32,000 bases of DNA from NCBI RefSeq assembly GCF_000172995.2, contig NC_014729.1, positions 2,040,001 through 2,072,000 of the forward strand, read 5' to 3'. Made by a program: the position numbers and the translations under genes. Of the stretch, positions 1 to 8,295 are shown piece after piece (within the stretch, counting starts at the first letter, position 1; each line of letters opens with the position of its first letter). The notes under the pieces were generated by a model. It saw only the letters and a program-made list of their open reading frames with translations, did not search any database and was not told the DNA's origin. Source of the DNA: Halogeometricum borinquense DSM 11551 (lineage in GTDB: Archaea; Halobacteriota; Halobacteria; Halobacteriales; Haloferacaceae).

Positions 1-101
1 GAACGCTGTGATAGCACGGTCAACGTTCCGGGCCACTCGGCCAACCGTTCGACGGCCCGTTGCGCGGCCGACCCACAGCCGAGGACCAACCGCCGTTGCA
101 T
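1..101 (-). CDS. N-terminal fragment of a CDS that runs off the window start; possible Rossmann-type NAD(P)-binding protein
   Basis: ATG at 101..99 on the minus strand. Hand translation gives MQRRLVLGCGSAAQRAVERLAEWPGTLTVLSQR with no stop before position 1. It has a GxGxxA-like motif (LGCGSAA) and mostly G/C third positions. It is too short to appear in the ORF track. A weak TATA-like GTTTTG lies about -29..-24. Confidence 0.3.
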   Translation of the reverse strand, partial: MQRRLVLGCGSAAQRAVERLAEWPGTLTVLSQR

Positions 102-207
102 GTTTCGTCTGTTGTTCCGGCCGGGCAAAACCCTACCGTCCCGCGATTCAGTTCCAGTCGGAAGTGGCGATGGAATTATCACCAACGAATGTGTGGTAAC
201 TAACGTC

Positions 208-606
208 ATGGACGCCGACCCTGACCTCGTAGCGGCTGACTTGTCGGAGTCGATTCGTGCCGCGTGCCGAACTGCTGTCGGAGACACTCTCAGGAGCATC
301 ACCTACTTCACTCCGACAAGCTTTCAACAGCTCTACCTTCGCTCAGATCTCGAATCTGACGCCGACCTGGCAGGGTTCGTCGAACACGAAACCGACGGAT
401 TCCACGCAACGCGCGCGTACCGGGGTTCCGAACTCGGTGACTACCAATACACGATTCGTGCGTTCGAGAACGGGTACATGACGCGCGTCACGCGCAACGA
501 CCACGGCGTCTTCGTCACCACGGATCGTCTGACGGAGCGACGCTCGAAAGAAGTCGCTAGCGCACTGCACGAAATCCTCTCAGAACAGGTCTCCGAAGCG
601 GCGTAA
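208..606 (+). CDS. small acidic cytoplasmic protein of unknown function (132 aa)
   Basis: This is ORF 100..606 trimmed to the ATG at 208 (MDADPDLVAADL...). The first 36 aa of the long ORF are basic and unlike the acidic remainder. The product has no TM segment and a haloarchaeal-style acidic composition. I recognise no catalytic motif. Confidence 0.55.
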   Translation: MDADPDLVAADLSESIRAACRTAVGDTLRSITYFTPTSFQQLYLRSDLESDADLAGFVEHETDGFHATRAYRGSELGDYQYTIRAFENGYMTRVTRNDHGVFVTTDRLTERRSKEVASALHEILSEQVSEAA

Positions 607-627
607 GTCGAAGTTACGAACGAAGCC

Positions 628-654
628 AAAAACGAACGACCGAACCGAATTTTT
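628..654. terminator. back-to-back oligo-T terminator tracts between convergent genes
   Basis: TTTTT at 650..654 on the plus strand lies about 44 nt after the stop at 606. AAAAA at 628..632 reads as T5 on the minus strand, about 32 nt after the nuoN stop at 664. Archaeal termination typically uses oligo-T tracts. Confidence 0.4.
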
Positions 655-663
655 GCCGACCGC

Positions 664-2178
664 TCAGAAGAGAGCGGTGGCGACCGTCTGTGCCGTCTCG
701 ATGACGGGTCGGAAGCCGGGCAGCAGCAGCAGCGTCCCGACGGCGGCGAAGATGACGGCCGTGTACAGACCGACCGGCTTCGAGCCGATTTCCAGCGACG
801 GCGAGGCGTCCTCGATCCATATCGCCTTGACGACGCGGCTGTAGTAGAACAGCGACAGCGCGCTGTTGACCGCGCCGACGGCGGCCAACCACCAGAAGCC
901 GGACTCGATGGCCGACATGAACAGGACGTACTTCGAGAAGAAGCCGCCGAACGGTGGTAGACCGGCGAGGCTGAACATGAAGACACTCATGGCGACGCAC
1001 GCCATCGGCGCCTTCGAACCGAGGCCGTTGTAGTCCTCGAACGTCCGGCCGACGCCCCAGTGTTCGGCCAGAGCGATGAACAGGAACGCACCGGTGTTCA
1101 TGAAGCCGTACACCATGAGGTGCGCCATCGACGCGCCGAGGACGTTCGCGTTCGGTCCGTTAGCGGTGATTGCCGCGAGTCCGATGAGCGCGTACCCCGC
1201 GTGACCGATGGAGGAGTACGCCAGCATCCGCTTGACGTTCTCCTGCGTGGCCGCGGCGAAGTTACCGAGCGTCATCGTGACGACGGCCAGCACCTGGAAC
1301 GCGAGCACCCAATCGACACCCGTGGGGAGTTTGGCCAGCGGGAACGCTTCAAAGAAGACACGGAACGCGATTGCGAACCCGGCGGCCTTCGATGCCGACG
1401 AGAGGAACGCCGAGATCGGTGCGGGTGCGCCCTCGTACGCCTCCGGCGCCCAGAAGTGGAACGGGACGGAGGCCGTCTTGAACGCGAATCCACCGAGAAT
1501 CATCAGGACGCCGATACCGAGGACGCCCACCATCTCGGTGCTTCCGCCGAGCGCACTCGCCACGTCGGCGAGGAGCAGCGATCCGGTGACAGCGTACACG
1601 AGGCTGATACCGAACGCGAACACCGCAGACGAGACTGCGCCGATAAGGAAGTACTTCAGCGCCGCCTCGACGCTTCCCTTGTTATCCTTGAGGAATCCAA
1701 CGAGGGCATACGACGGGAGCGACGCGAGTTCGAGGCTGACGAATGCCGTCGCCAGCGAGTTCGACATCGACATGAGCGTCATGCCGGTGGTGGCGAACAG
1801 CACGAGCGAGTAGAACTCGGCTTGGTAGCGCTGTTCGGCCACGTAGTCGAGCGAGGCAATACAGACCATCGCCGCGACGATAGTGAAGATGAGCGTGAAG
1901 AACAGGCTCATCCCGTCAACGACGAGCGCATCACCGTACAGGGTGATTGCGCCGCCGGTCTGACTCTGTCCGGTCCCCTCGACGAGGAACCAGCCCGCAA
2001 CGGCGAACGCGAACAGCGCACCCACCGTCGAAATCGACGCCAAGAGTGCGCTGTTTTCTTCTCCGGTGTTGATACTGTCGATAACGAGGAGCAGCAGTCC
2101 CGTCAGGCCAAGGATAATGGCCGGAGCGACTGCCGTCCATTCTGGCGGTGCGGCCTGAAGTGCGATTGGCTCGAACAT
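664..2178 (-). CDS. nuoN: NADH-quinone oxidoreductase-like complex subunit N (antiporter-like, ND2 family)
   Basis: 504-aa polytopic membrane ORF with the ND2/NuoN-type motif SVPFHFWAPEAYEGAPAPISAFLS. It is the last gene in the nuo string. Its ATG overlaps the nuoM stop (TGATG). Confidence 0.92.
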   Translation of the reverse strand: MFEPIALQAAPPEWTAVAPAIILGLTGLLLLVIDSINTGEENSALLASISTVGALFAFAVAGWFLVEGTGQSQTGGAITLYGDALVVDGMSLFFTLIFTIVAAMVCIASLDYVAEQRYQAEFYSLVLFATTGMTLMSMSNSLATAFVSLELASLPSYALVGFLKDNKGSVEAALKYFLIGAVSSAVFAFGISLVYAVTGSLLLADVASALGGSTEMVGVLGIGVLMILGGFAFKTASVPFHFWAPEAYEGAPAPISAFLSSASKAAGFAIAFRVFFEAFPLAKLPTGVDWVLAFQVLAVVTMTLGNFAAATQENVKRMLAYSSIGHAGYALIGLAAITANGPNANVLGASMAHLMVYGFMNTGAFLFIALAEHWGVGRTFEDYNGLGSKAPMACVAMSVFMFSLAGLPPFGGFFSKYVLFMSAIESGFWWLAAVGAVNSALSLFYYSRVVKAIWIEDASPSLEIGSKPVGLYTAVIFAAVGTLLLLPGFRPVIETAQTVATALF

Positions 2179-3707
2179 CAGACGCCACCTCCCGTTTCGA
2201 GGATCGGATTAACCGCTTGTTGAATCATCTGGAAGAAGAGGTCCGGCTCCACACCGAGGATGATGACGAGGAGGAGAAGCACCGCAAGCGGCGCGATATC
2301 CTGAATCGGCGCTTTGGTGATCTCGTAGTCGCCGTCGAACCGGAACGGACCGAACAGCGTGCGCTGCATCGCGAACAGCAGGTAGCCCGCGACGATGACG
2401 ATACCGAACATCGCCGCCGCCGTGAACAACGGCATCGCGGAGTGGACTGTGGAGGCGAACGCGCCTTGGAAGATGAAGAACTCCCCGGCGAAGCCAGCCA
2501 TCAGCGGCAGTCCCATGTAGCCGAACGCGCCCGCAACGAAGATACCCGAGGCGACGGGCATCCGGTCGGCCATTCCGGACATGTCGCCGACCATGCGCGT
2601 GTGCGTCGTGTTGTAGATGACGCCGACGACCATGAACATCAGACCGGAGATGAGGCCGTGTGCGATCATCTGGAACGTCGCGCCGCCGACGCCGTACGTC
2701 GTGTACGCGACGAGACCGAGGATGACGTACCCCATCGACGACACGGACGAGTAAGCGACGATGCGCTTCAAGTCCTGCTGGGCTAACGCAAGTATCGCGC
2801 CGTAAATGACGCTGATGACGGCGATAGCCGCGATGGGGACGACGAGTGCCTTCGCCACGTCGGGCATCATCGTGAAGTTGAACCGGAGCAGCGCGTACGT
2901 CCCCATCTTCAGGAGGACACCAGCCAGCATCACCGACGCTGGCGTGGGCGCTTCAACGTGAGCGTCCGGCAGCCACGTGTGCAGGGGTGCAACGGGCACC
3001 TTGACCGCGAATCCGAAGAACATCGCCACGAACGCGACGAGCTTCAGCGTCTCCGCGTTCAAGCCCGCGAATCCGCCGAGTTCGTTCGCCCTGAGCGCCA
3101 TCGCAATCTCCGGCAGGCGCATCGACGACACTGAGTCACCGAGGCCGAACACGAGAGCGATGAAGCCGATGAACATCACAAGCGACGCGATGTTCGTGTA
3201 GACGAAGAACTTGATTGCCGCGTACTTGCGGCGAGGACCGCCCCAGATACCGATGAGGAAGTACATCGGGACGAGGACGGCTTCCCAGAAGATGAACCAG
3301 ACGAAGAAGTCAAGCGCAGTGAACACGCCGAGGAGGTTCGCCTCCATGAACAGCATCAGTCCGTAGAACTGTGACTGACGCATGTCGATTGGCGTCCACG
3401 CGCTGACGATTGCCAGCGTCGTCAGGATGGTCGTCAGGACGATGAGCGGCAGACTGATACCGTCAACGCCGACGAACCAGTGAACGTCTAAGTTGCCCAG
3501 CGAGAGCCAGACGAAATCCGTCTCGAACGCGATGGACCCGCCGAGGAGGGCGTTCCCGCTCGCGTCGTACTGTGCCCACATAAACAGACTCCCGACGACG
3601 GGGAGCAGACTGAGCGCGGCCGCCAGCCGTCCGGCGTACTCGTCGGGTGCGACGAACACGACCAGCGCGGCGACGAACGCGACTGCGATGAGCGCTTCTA
3701 TTATCAT
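2178..3707 (-). CDS. nuoM: NADH-quinone oxidoreductase-like complex subunit M (antiporter-like, ND4 family)
   Basis: Polytopic ORF with PLHTWLPDAHVEAPTPASVMLAGVLLKMGTY. The ORF track starts at a GTG (3716). I prefer the ATG at 3707 (MIIEALI...), which forms an ATGA overlap with the nuoL stop (3704..3706). Confidence 0.9.
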   Translation of the reverse strand: MIIEALIAVAFVAALVVFVAPDEYAGRLAAALSLLPVVGSLFMWAQYDASGNALLGGSIAFETDFVWLSLGNLDVHWFVGVDGISLPLIVLTTILTTLAIVSAWTPIDMRQSQFYGLMLFMEANLLGVFTALDFFVWFIFWEAVLVPMYFLIGIWGGPRRKYAAIKFFVYTNIASLVMFIGFIALVFGLGDSVSSMRLPEIAMALRANELGGFAGLNAETLKLVAFVAMFFGFAVKVPVAPLHTWLPDAHVEAPTPASVMLAGVLLKMGTYALLRFNFTMMPDVAKALVVPIAAIAVISVIYGAILALAQQDLKRIVAYSSVSSMGYVILGLVAYTTYGVGGATFQMIAHGLISGLMFMVVGVIYNTTHTRMVGDMSGMADRMPVASGIFVAGAFGYMGLPLMAGFAGEFFIFQGAFASTVHSAMPLFTAAAMFGIVIVAGYLLFAMQRTLFGPFRFDGDYEITKAPIQDIAPLAVLLLLVIILGVEPDLFFQMIQQAVNPILETGGGV

Positions 3708-5719
3708 GCGAACCACCCTCCTGCCAGACCGAATCCGAGAAGCAGGACCGTCAGACCCAGCGTCAGAAGCATCGCGTAGTTGCTCACGACGCCCGACTGG
3801 ATCCGGCGGATACGGCTCCCGGAGAACAGGCTGACACTGGAGATGCCGTTGACGACACCGTCAACGACGCCCTGATCGAACTTGTCCGCGCCACGCGAGA
3901 TGGGGCGAACGACGCTGTTTGCCAGCCAGACCTGATACTCGTCCTGGTAGTAGTTGTTGTAGAGGAGCGTCTTGATGCCGCCGAGCTTTGCGGTGTGCTC
4001 CTTCGGCTCGGGGACGTTGTACAGCATGTGCGCGAGGCCCGCACCGGCGAGTGCGAGTGCGAGCGAGACAGCGCCGGGTGCCAGCGGGTTCAGCTCGGCC
4101 GCGTGGTAGCCGGCGACGTTTTCGAGCAGTTCGTGGTAGTGATGGTTAGTCAGGCCCTCGACTCCGTGGTTGAGCCACTGGTGAAGGAACTCGATGTGAA
4201 GACCAGTGAATTCCGCCACGGGCGTCATGTTGACCAGACCGGCCGTCGCGGCGAGAATGCCGAGGACGACCAGCGGGAACTTCACGTTCCAGCGGACGCC
4301 GTGCGGGTCACGGGCCGTCTGCGTACGCGGCTTCCCGTGGAAGGTGAGGAACACCATACGGAAGGTGTAGAAGCCGGTGAAGAACACGGCGAGGAGGCCC
4401 ATCGCGTACGCGGCGAGCAGAATCGGGTTGCCACCGAGTCCGTGGATGAGCGTCTCGTACAGCACCTCGTCCTTCGACCAGAAGCCTGCGAAGGGGACGA
4501 TGCCCGCGAGTGCGAGCGATCCCGAGAGGAACGTGTAGTAGGTCACGGGCATGCGGTCCTTCAGACCGCCCATGTCCCACATGTCCTCGTTGTGGTGCAT
4601 GGCGATAATGACTGATCCTGCACCGAGGAACAGGAGCGCCTTGAAGAACGCGTGCGTCATCAGGTGGAAGGTCGCGGCGATGTACCCGCCACCGCCGAGT
4701 CCCAGCATCATGTACCCGTACTGGGAGATGGTCGAGTACGCGAGCACCTGCTTTATCTCGCGCTTGACGACGCCCATCGTCGCCGCGAACAGGGCCGTGA
4801 AGCCACCGATCAGGGCGATGATGGCGAGGGCGTTCGGCGAGAGCGCGTAGAAGCCGTACATCCGCGCGACGAGGTACACACCAGCGGCGACCATCGTCGC
4901 GGCGTGGATAAGAGCGGAGACGGGCGTCGGACCTTCCATGGCGTCCGGCAGCCACGTGTGCAGGGGGAACTGCGCGGACTTCCCGACGACACCACCGAGG
5001 ACGAGGAGTCCGACGATGGTGAACCACGTCTGCGGCTCGAAGCCGAACGTGTTCACCGCGTGTTCGCCGTGGAGTGCCTGCTCGGCGAGGTGCGGGAACG
5101 ACTCTCCGCCGGCGAATGCCGCCGTGCCGAACGTGGCGAAGACGGCGACGACGCCGATGAGGAAGAAGTAGTCACCGAAGCGGGTGACGAGGAATGCCTT
5201 CTTCGCTGCCGACGGCGGGCCGGGTTCGCGGAACCAGAAGCCGATGAGCAAGTACGAGCACAGGCCCACCAGCTCGAAGAACATGAACGCCATGAGCAGG
5301 TTGTCGGCGACGACGAACCCGAGCATGGAGGCGGAGAACAGGCCGAGACCGGCGTAGTATCGCGGGAGGCCCGTTTCGCCCTCGTCGTTCATGTATCCGA
5401 GACTGAACACGTGGACCAAGAAGGCGATGAGCGTCACGATGACGAGCATCATCGCCGACAGTGGGTCGATGAGAAGGCCGAATTCTAAGGTGACGGCCCC
5501 GTCGAGCCCGTTGGCCCACGTGTAGATTGTCTGGTTGTACGTCTGTCCCTGGCTGACCGTGAAGAACGTCGCAATCGAGAGCAGGAACGAGCCTGCCGTT
5601 GCGACGATACCGGCGAACGCGCCGCCCTTGGGCATATACTTGCCCGCAAAGAGGGCCACGAGGAACGAGACGAACGGTAACAGCACGATCGCCGGAACGA
5701 ATTCAAATATCCCTGCCAT
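3704..5719 (-). CDS. nuoL: NADH-quinone oxidoreductase-like complex subunit L (antiporter-like, ND5 family)
   Basis: 671-aa polytopic ORF with FPLHTWLPDAMEGPTPVSALIHAATMVAAGVYL. The long C-terminal region is consistent with the NuoL lateral helix. ATG at 5719. Confidence 0.93.
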   Translation of the reverse strand: MAGIFEFVPAIVLLPFVSFLVALFAGKYMPKGGAFAGIVATAGSFLLSIATFFTVSQGQTYNQTIYTWANGLDGAVTLEFGLLIDPLSAMMLVIVTLIAFLVHVFSLGYMNDEGETGLPRYYAGLGLFSASMLGFVVADNLLMAFMFFELVGLCSYLLIGFWFREPGPPSAAKKAFLVTRFGDYFFLIGVVAVFATFGTAAFAGGESFPHLAEQALHGEHAVNTFGFEPQTWFTIVGLLVLGGVVGKSAQFPLHTWLPDAMEGPTPVSALIHAATMVAAGVYLVARMYGFYALSPNALAIIALIGGFTALFAATMGVVKREIKQVLAYSTISQYGYMMLGLGGGGYIAATFHLMTHAFFKALLFLGAGSVIIAMHHNEDMWDMGGLKDRMPVTYYTFLSGSLALAGIVPFAGFWSKDEVLYETLIHGLGGNPILLAAYAMGLLAVFFTGFYTFRMVFLTFHGKPRTQTARDPHGVRWNVKFPLVVLGILAATAGLVNMTPVAEFTGLHIEFLHQWLNHGVEGLTNHHYHELLENVAGYHAAELNPLAPGAVSLALALAGAGLAHMLYNVPEPKEHTAKLGGIKTLLYNNYYQDEYQVWLANSVVRPISRGADKFDQGVVDGVVNGISSVSLFSGSRIRRIQSGVVSNYAMLLTLGLTVLLLGFGLAGGWFA

Positions 5720-5720
5720 C

Positions 5721-6023
5721 TTACCACCTCATCGTCGTCGCTTCGGTCACATCGACGTCGCCGAAGTCGCGGTACAGTACCAGGATGATCCCGATACCGA
5801 CTGCGACTTCCGCGGCGGCGAGTGCCATGGTGAACAGCCCGAACGTCTGGCCCGTGACGTTCCCCCAGAAGTAGGAGAACGCAACGAGATTGATGTTCGC
5901 GGCGTTCAGCATCAGTTCGACCGACATCAAGAACAGCAGCGCGTTGCGCCGTGTCAGGATGCCGAACAGGCCGATACAGAAGACGGCTGCCGAGAGGACG
6001 AGATAGTAGTGCGGAGGAAGCAT
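5721..6023 (-). CDS. nuoK: NADH-quinone oxidoreductase-like complex subunit K (ND4L family)
   Basis: 100-aa protein with 3 TM segments, located between nuoJ2 and nuoL. Its ATG overlaps the nuoJ2 stop (TAATG). Confidence 0.88.
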   Translation of the reverse strand: MLPPHYYLVLSAAVFCIGLFGILTRRNALLFLMSVELMLNAANINLVAFSYFWGNVTGQTFGLFTMALAAAEVAVGIGIILVLYRDFGDVDVTEATTMRW

Positions 6024-6400
6024 TAGTTCTCACCCTCCGTCTCATCGTCTCGCGTCCCGGTGAGCGTCTGTTTCAGTCGCTGACCGCCGTCCGCGAGGAC
6101 TTGCCCCGCGGAGTCGCCGGTTTCGCGCCGTGCCAGCATGACCGCGCCGACGAGGGCGGCTACGAGCACGATGTCGATAATCTCGAACGCGACGAGGAAG
6201 CTCTCCGAAGCCACCTCTCCGAAGCCGAGATTGAACATCGCGTACCCGATGCTGGCGGTGATATTCACGTCGCCACCGAACCCTTGCGGCTCCGGGAACG
6301 ACGCGGTGACGAACGCCGCCACCATCACGACGAACAGTGCGACGGCCGCGAGTCCCGGTACGAGGTGCGAACCGAGCTTGAGTCGTGGTCTGGTCGTCAT
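6023..6400 (-). CDS. nuoJ2: NADH-quinone oxidoreductase-like complex subunit J, C-terminal part (split NuoJ)
   Basis: 125-aa membrane ORF immediately after the short NuoJ N-terminal gene, with an ATGA overlap with the nuoJ1 stop. Position and hydrophobicity fit the C-terminal half of ND6/NuoJ. Confidence 0.8.
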   Translation of the reverse strand: MTTRPRLKLGSHLVPGLAAVALFVVMVAAFVTASFPEPQGFGGDVNITASIGYAMFNLGFGEVASESFLVAFEIIDIVLVAALVGAVMLARRETGDSAGQVLADGGQRLKQTLTGTRDDETEGEN

Positions 6401-6657
6401 GTGCTACTCGCCTCCAATCGTGTACGCGTCAACATCACGGCGAACGTGACGAGAATCAACACCCCGCCTACATAGACGAGGATCTGCATCGCGGCGAGGA
6501 ATTCCGCTTGCAGCATCACGTAATGCACCGCGACGCTCAAGAGCGCGCCCCCGAGCAGGAGTGCGGAATGCCAAATGTCCCGCACGAGGACGACGCCCAG
6601 GCTGCAGCCCACGGTAATGAGGGCGAACAGCGCGAACGCGATGGTTTCATAAACCAT
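6397..6657 (-). CDS. nuoJ1: NADH-quinone oxidoreductase-like complex subunit J, N-terminal part (split NuoJ)
   Basis: 86-aa ORF with 3 TM segments and an ND6/NuoJ-like N-terminus (VRDIWHSALLLGGALLSVAVHYVMLQAEFLAAMQILVYVGGVLIL). A GGAG Shine-Dalgarno at 6670..6667 lies 9 nt upstream of the ATG. Confidence 0.82.
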   Translation of the reverse strand: MVYETIAFALFALITVGCSLGVVLVRDIWHSALLLGGALLSVAVHYVMLQAEFLAAMQILVYVGGVLILVTFAVMLTRTRLEASST

Positions 6658-6713
6658 TGTGTGTGTCTCCTTGAGGTATCCCTTTGAACATTTCGAGAAC
6701 GTCCGGGTGGCCG

Positions 6714-6760
6714 GGCCGAATCATCCCGACTCGGCCGACGGACGAACGAACCTTCCGTCG
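6714..6760 (-). promoter_or_regulatory. two stem-loops in the only non-overlapping junction of the nuo operon (nuoI-nuoJ1 spacer)
   Basis: Perfect 7-bp inverted repeat CGACGGA/TCCGTCG (6736..6742 and 6754..6760, 11-nt loop). Also a 6-bp inverted repeat GGCCGA/TCGGCC (6714..6719 and 6731..6736, 11-nt loop). No oligo-T tract follows. Confidence 0.35.
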
Positions 6761-6775
6761 CTACCGTGAGTCACC

Positions 6776-7237
6776 TCACTGGTAGTCGACTTCGCCGTCT
6801 CCCTCTCCGATCCACGCGTTGCGGTCGGGTTCGCGGGAGTTCAGCGGGTCGATGTCTTTGTACCACGGAACGTTCTTCAACTGCTCTTTGTTGTAGACGA
6901 ACTCGTCTTTCGTGTCGGCGGTGAACTCGAAGTTCTGCGTGAGCAGAATCGCGTCCACCGGACACACTTCCTCGCACAGACGGCAGTAGATGCACTGCCC
7001 GATGTGGAGGTTGTACTGTTCGCCGTTGCGCTGGTCGTCCTGTACGATCTGAATCGTATCGTTCGGACAGACGTTCTCACACTGGCGGCACCAGATGCAG
7101 CGCTCCTGACTGAACTTGTGAACCCCACGGAATCGGGGACTCACTTCGGGCGCGACGTCGGGATATTCGACCGTGAACGTCTCGCCGTCCAGTGCGTGCT
7201 TCATCGTCGTTGCCATGGATTTGAGCAGTCCAATCAT
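6776..7237 (-). CDS. nuoI: NADH-quinone oxidoreductase-like complex subunit I (2x[4Fe-4S] ferredoxin-type)
   Basis: 153-aa ORF with two CxxCxxCxxxCP motifs (CIWCRQCENVCP and CIYCRLCEEVCP). ATGA overlap with the nuoH stop. Confidence 0.93.
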   Translation of the reverse strand: MIGLLKSMATTMKHALDGETFTVEYPDVAPEVSPRFRGVHKFSQERCIWCRQCENVCPNDTIQIVQDDQRNGEQYNLHIGQCIYCRLCEEVCPVDAILLTQNFEFTADTKDEFVYNKEQLKNVPWYKDIDPLNSREPDRNAWIGEGDGEVDYQ

Positions 7238-8295
7238 GCTATCACTCCCACGATGATGGCCGTGAGAACCAAGTTAGCGAACGAAAGGACGAGCATGCCC
7301 TTCCAGCCGACGTCGAGGAACTGATCGACCCGCAGACGCGGAATCGCAGAGCGCATCCACTGGGTGAAGAGATAGAACGCCCAGATCTTGATGATGAACC
7401 AGACGAATCCCGGCAGGAACGGACCTGCGGGACCGCCGAGGAACAGCGTCGCCGCGATGGCGCCGCCGAGGAAGATGTGGATGAACTCTCCGAGGTAGAT
7501 AAGGACGAAGTAGACAGACGAGTACTCCGTCTGGTACCCGGCGACAATTTCGGTCGGTGCTTCGGGAATGTCGAACGGGTTCCGGCCGACTTCTGCGAGG
7601 TTCGCCAGGACAAACAGCACGAACGCGAACGGGTTAACGAACGCGAACCACTGCGGAATCGTCACGCCCGCGACGGTGAGAAGCGGGTTTGCCTGCTCGG
7701 CGACGATGTGGCTCATCTGGAGCGAACCGGTGAAGATGACCACCGATGCGCCGGTGATGACGAGCGGAATCTCGTAGGCGAGGTTCGCCGCGATGGCACG
7801 AAGTCCGCCGAGAAGTGAGTATTTGTTGTTCGATCCGTAGCCCATCATCACCAGTCCGATCGAGGCGATGGAAGACGCCGCGAAGGCGAATGCCAGCCCC
7901 GTTTCGGGGTCGGCGAGATGGATGCCGTTACCCATCGGGATGACGGCGAATCCGAGCAGTGCCGAGAACGGGATGACGAGGGGGCCGATGTCCCACGCCG
8001 GACGGTCTACACCCTCGGGAACGACGAGTTCCTTCGAGAGCAGTCGTACTGCGTCGGCCACGATAACGAGGAGACCGAACGGTCCGACACGGTTGACGGC
8101 GATACGGTCCGTGAACGCGGCGGTGATTTTCCGCTTTGCCCACGGTCCGGCGACTGCCGTCTGGATCAGCAGCAGGTTGGCGATGAGGAACGCACCGATG
8201 AGGCCACCGACAATCTGCCCGACCGTTCCCGACAGGCCAAGGAGGTTGGCGATGGTCTCCGGAAGCAGCACCTTGCCAGACTGTAGCGGTAGCAT
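7234..8295 (-). CDS. nuoH: NADH-quinone oxidoreductase-like complex subunit H (ND1 family)
   Basis: 353-aa polytopic membrane ORF in the canonical position between nuoCD and nuoI. TAATG overlap with the nuoCD stop. Confidence 0.9.
   Translation of the reverse strand: MLPLQSGKVLLPETIANLLGLSGTVGQIVGGLIGAFLIANLLLIQTAVAGPWAKRKITAAFTDRIAVNRVGPFGLLVIVADAVRLLSKELVVPEGVDRPAWDIGPLVIPFSALLGFAVIPMGNGIHLADPETGLAFAFAASSIASIGLVMMGYGSNNKYSLLGGLRAIAANLAYEIPLVITGASVVIFTGSLQMSHIVAEQANPLLTVAGVTIPQWFAFVNPFAFVLFVLANLAEVGRNPFDIPEAPTEIVAGYQTEYSSVYFVLIYLGEFIHIFLGGAIAATLFLGGPAGPFLPGFVWFIIKIWAFYLFTQWMRSAIPRLRVDQFLDVGWKGMLVLSFANLVLTAIIVGVIA

Noticed and set aside
8-199. A 63-aa plus-strand ORF at the window start, and the first 36 codons of ORF 100..606.
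   Set aside because: The composition is Arg/Pro/Thr-rich and basic, unlike the acidic halophile proteome. The region is better explained as the divergent promoter between a minus-strand gene starting at 101 and the acidic ORF starting at 208.
1060-2223. A 387-aa plus-strand ORF antisense to nuoN. Similar long mirror ORFs include 3995..4615, 4652..5488, 8853..9938, 12229..13077, 14000..14860, 15276..16343, 21225..22028, 23081..24193, 24158..25513, 25678..26511, 28884..29804 and 29872..30513.
   Set aside because: They lie opposite genes with clear family motifs. Their products are Arg/Asp/Glu/His-rich low-complexity sequences without motifs, as expected from stop-codon-poor antisense frames in high-GC DNA. 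There are no independent promoter or start signals.
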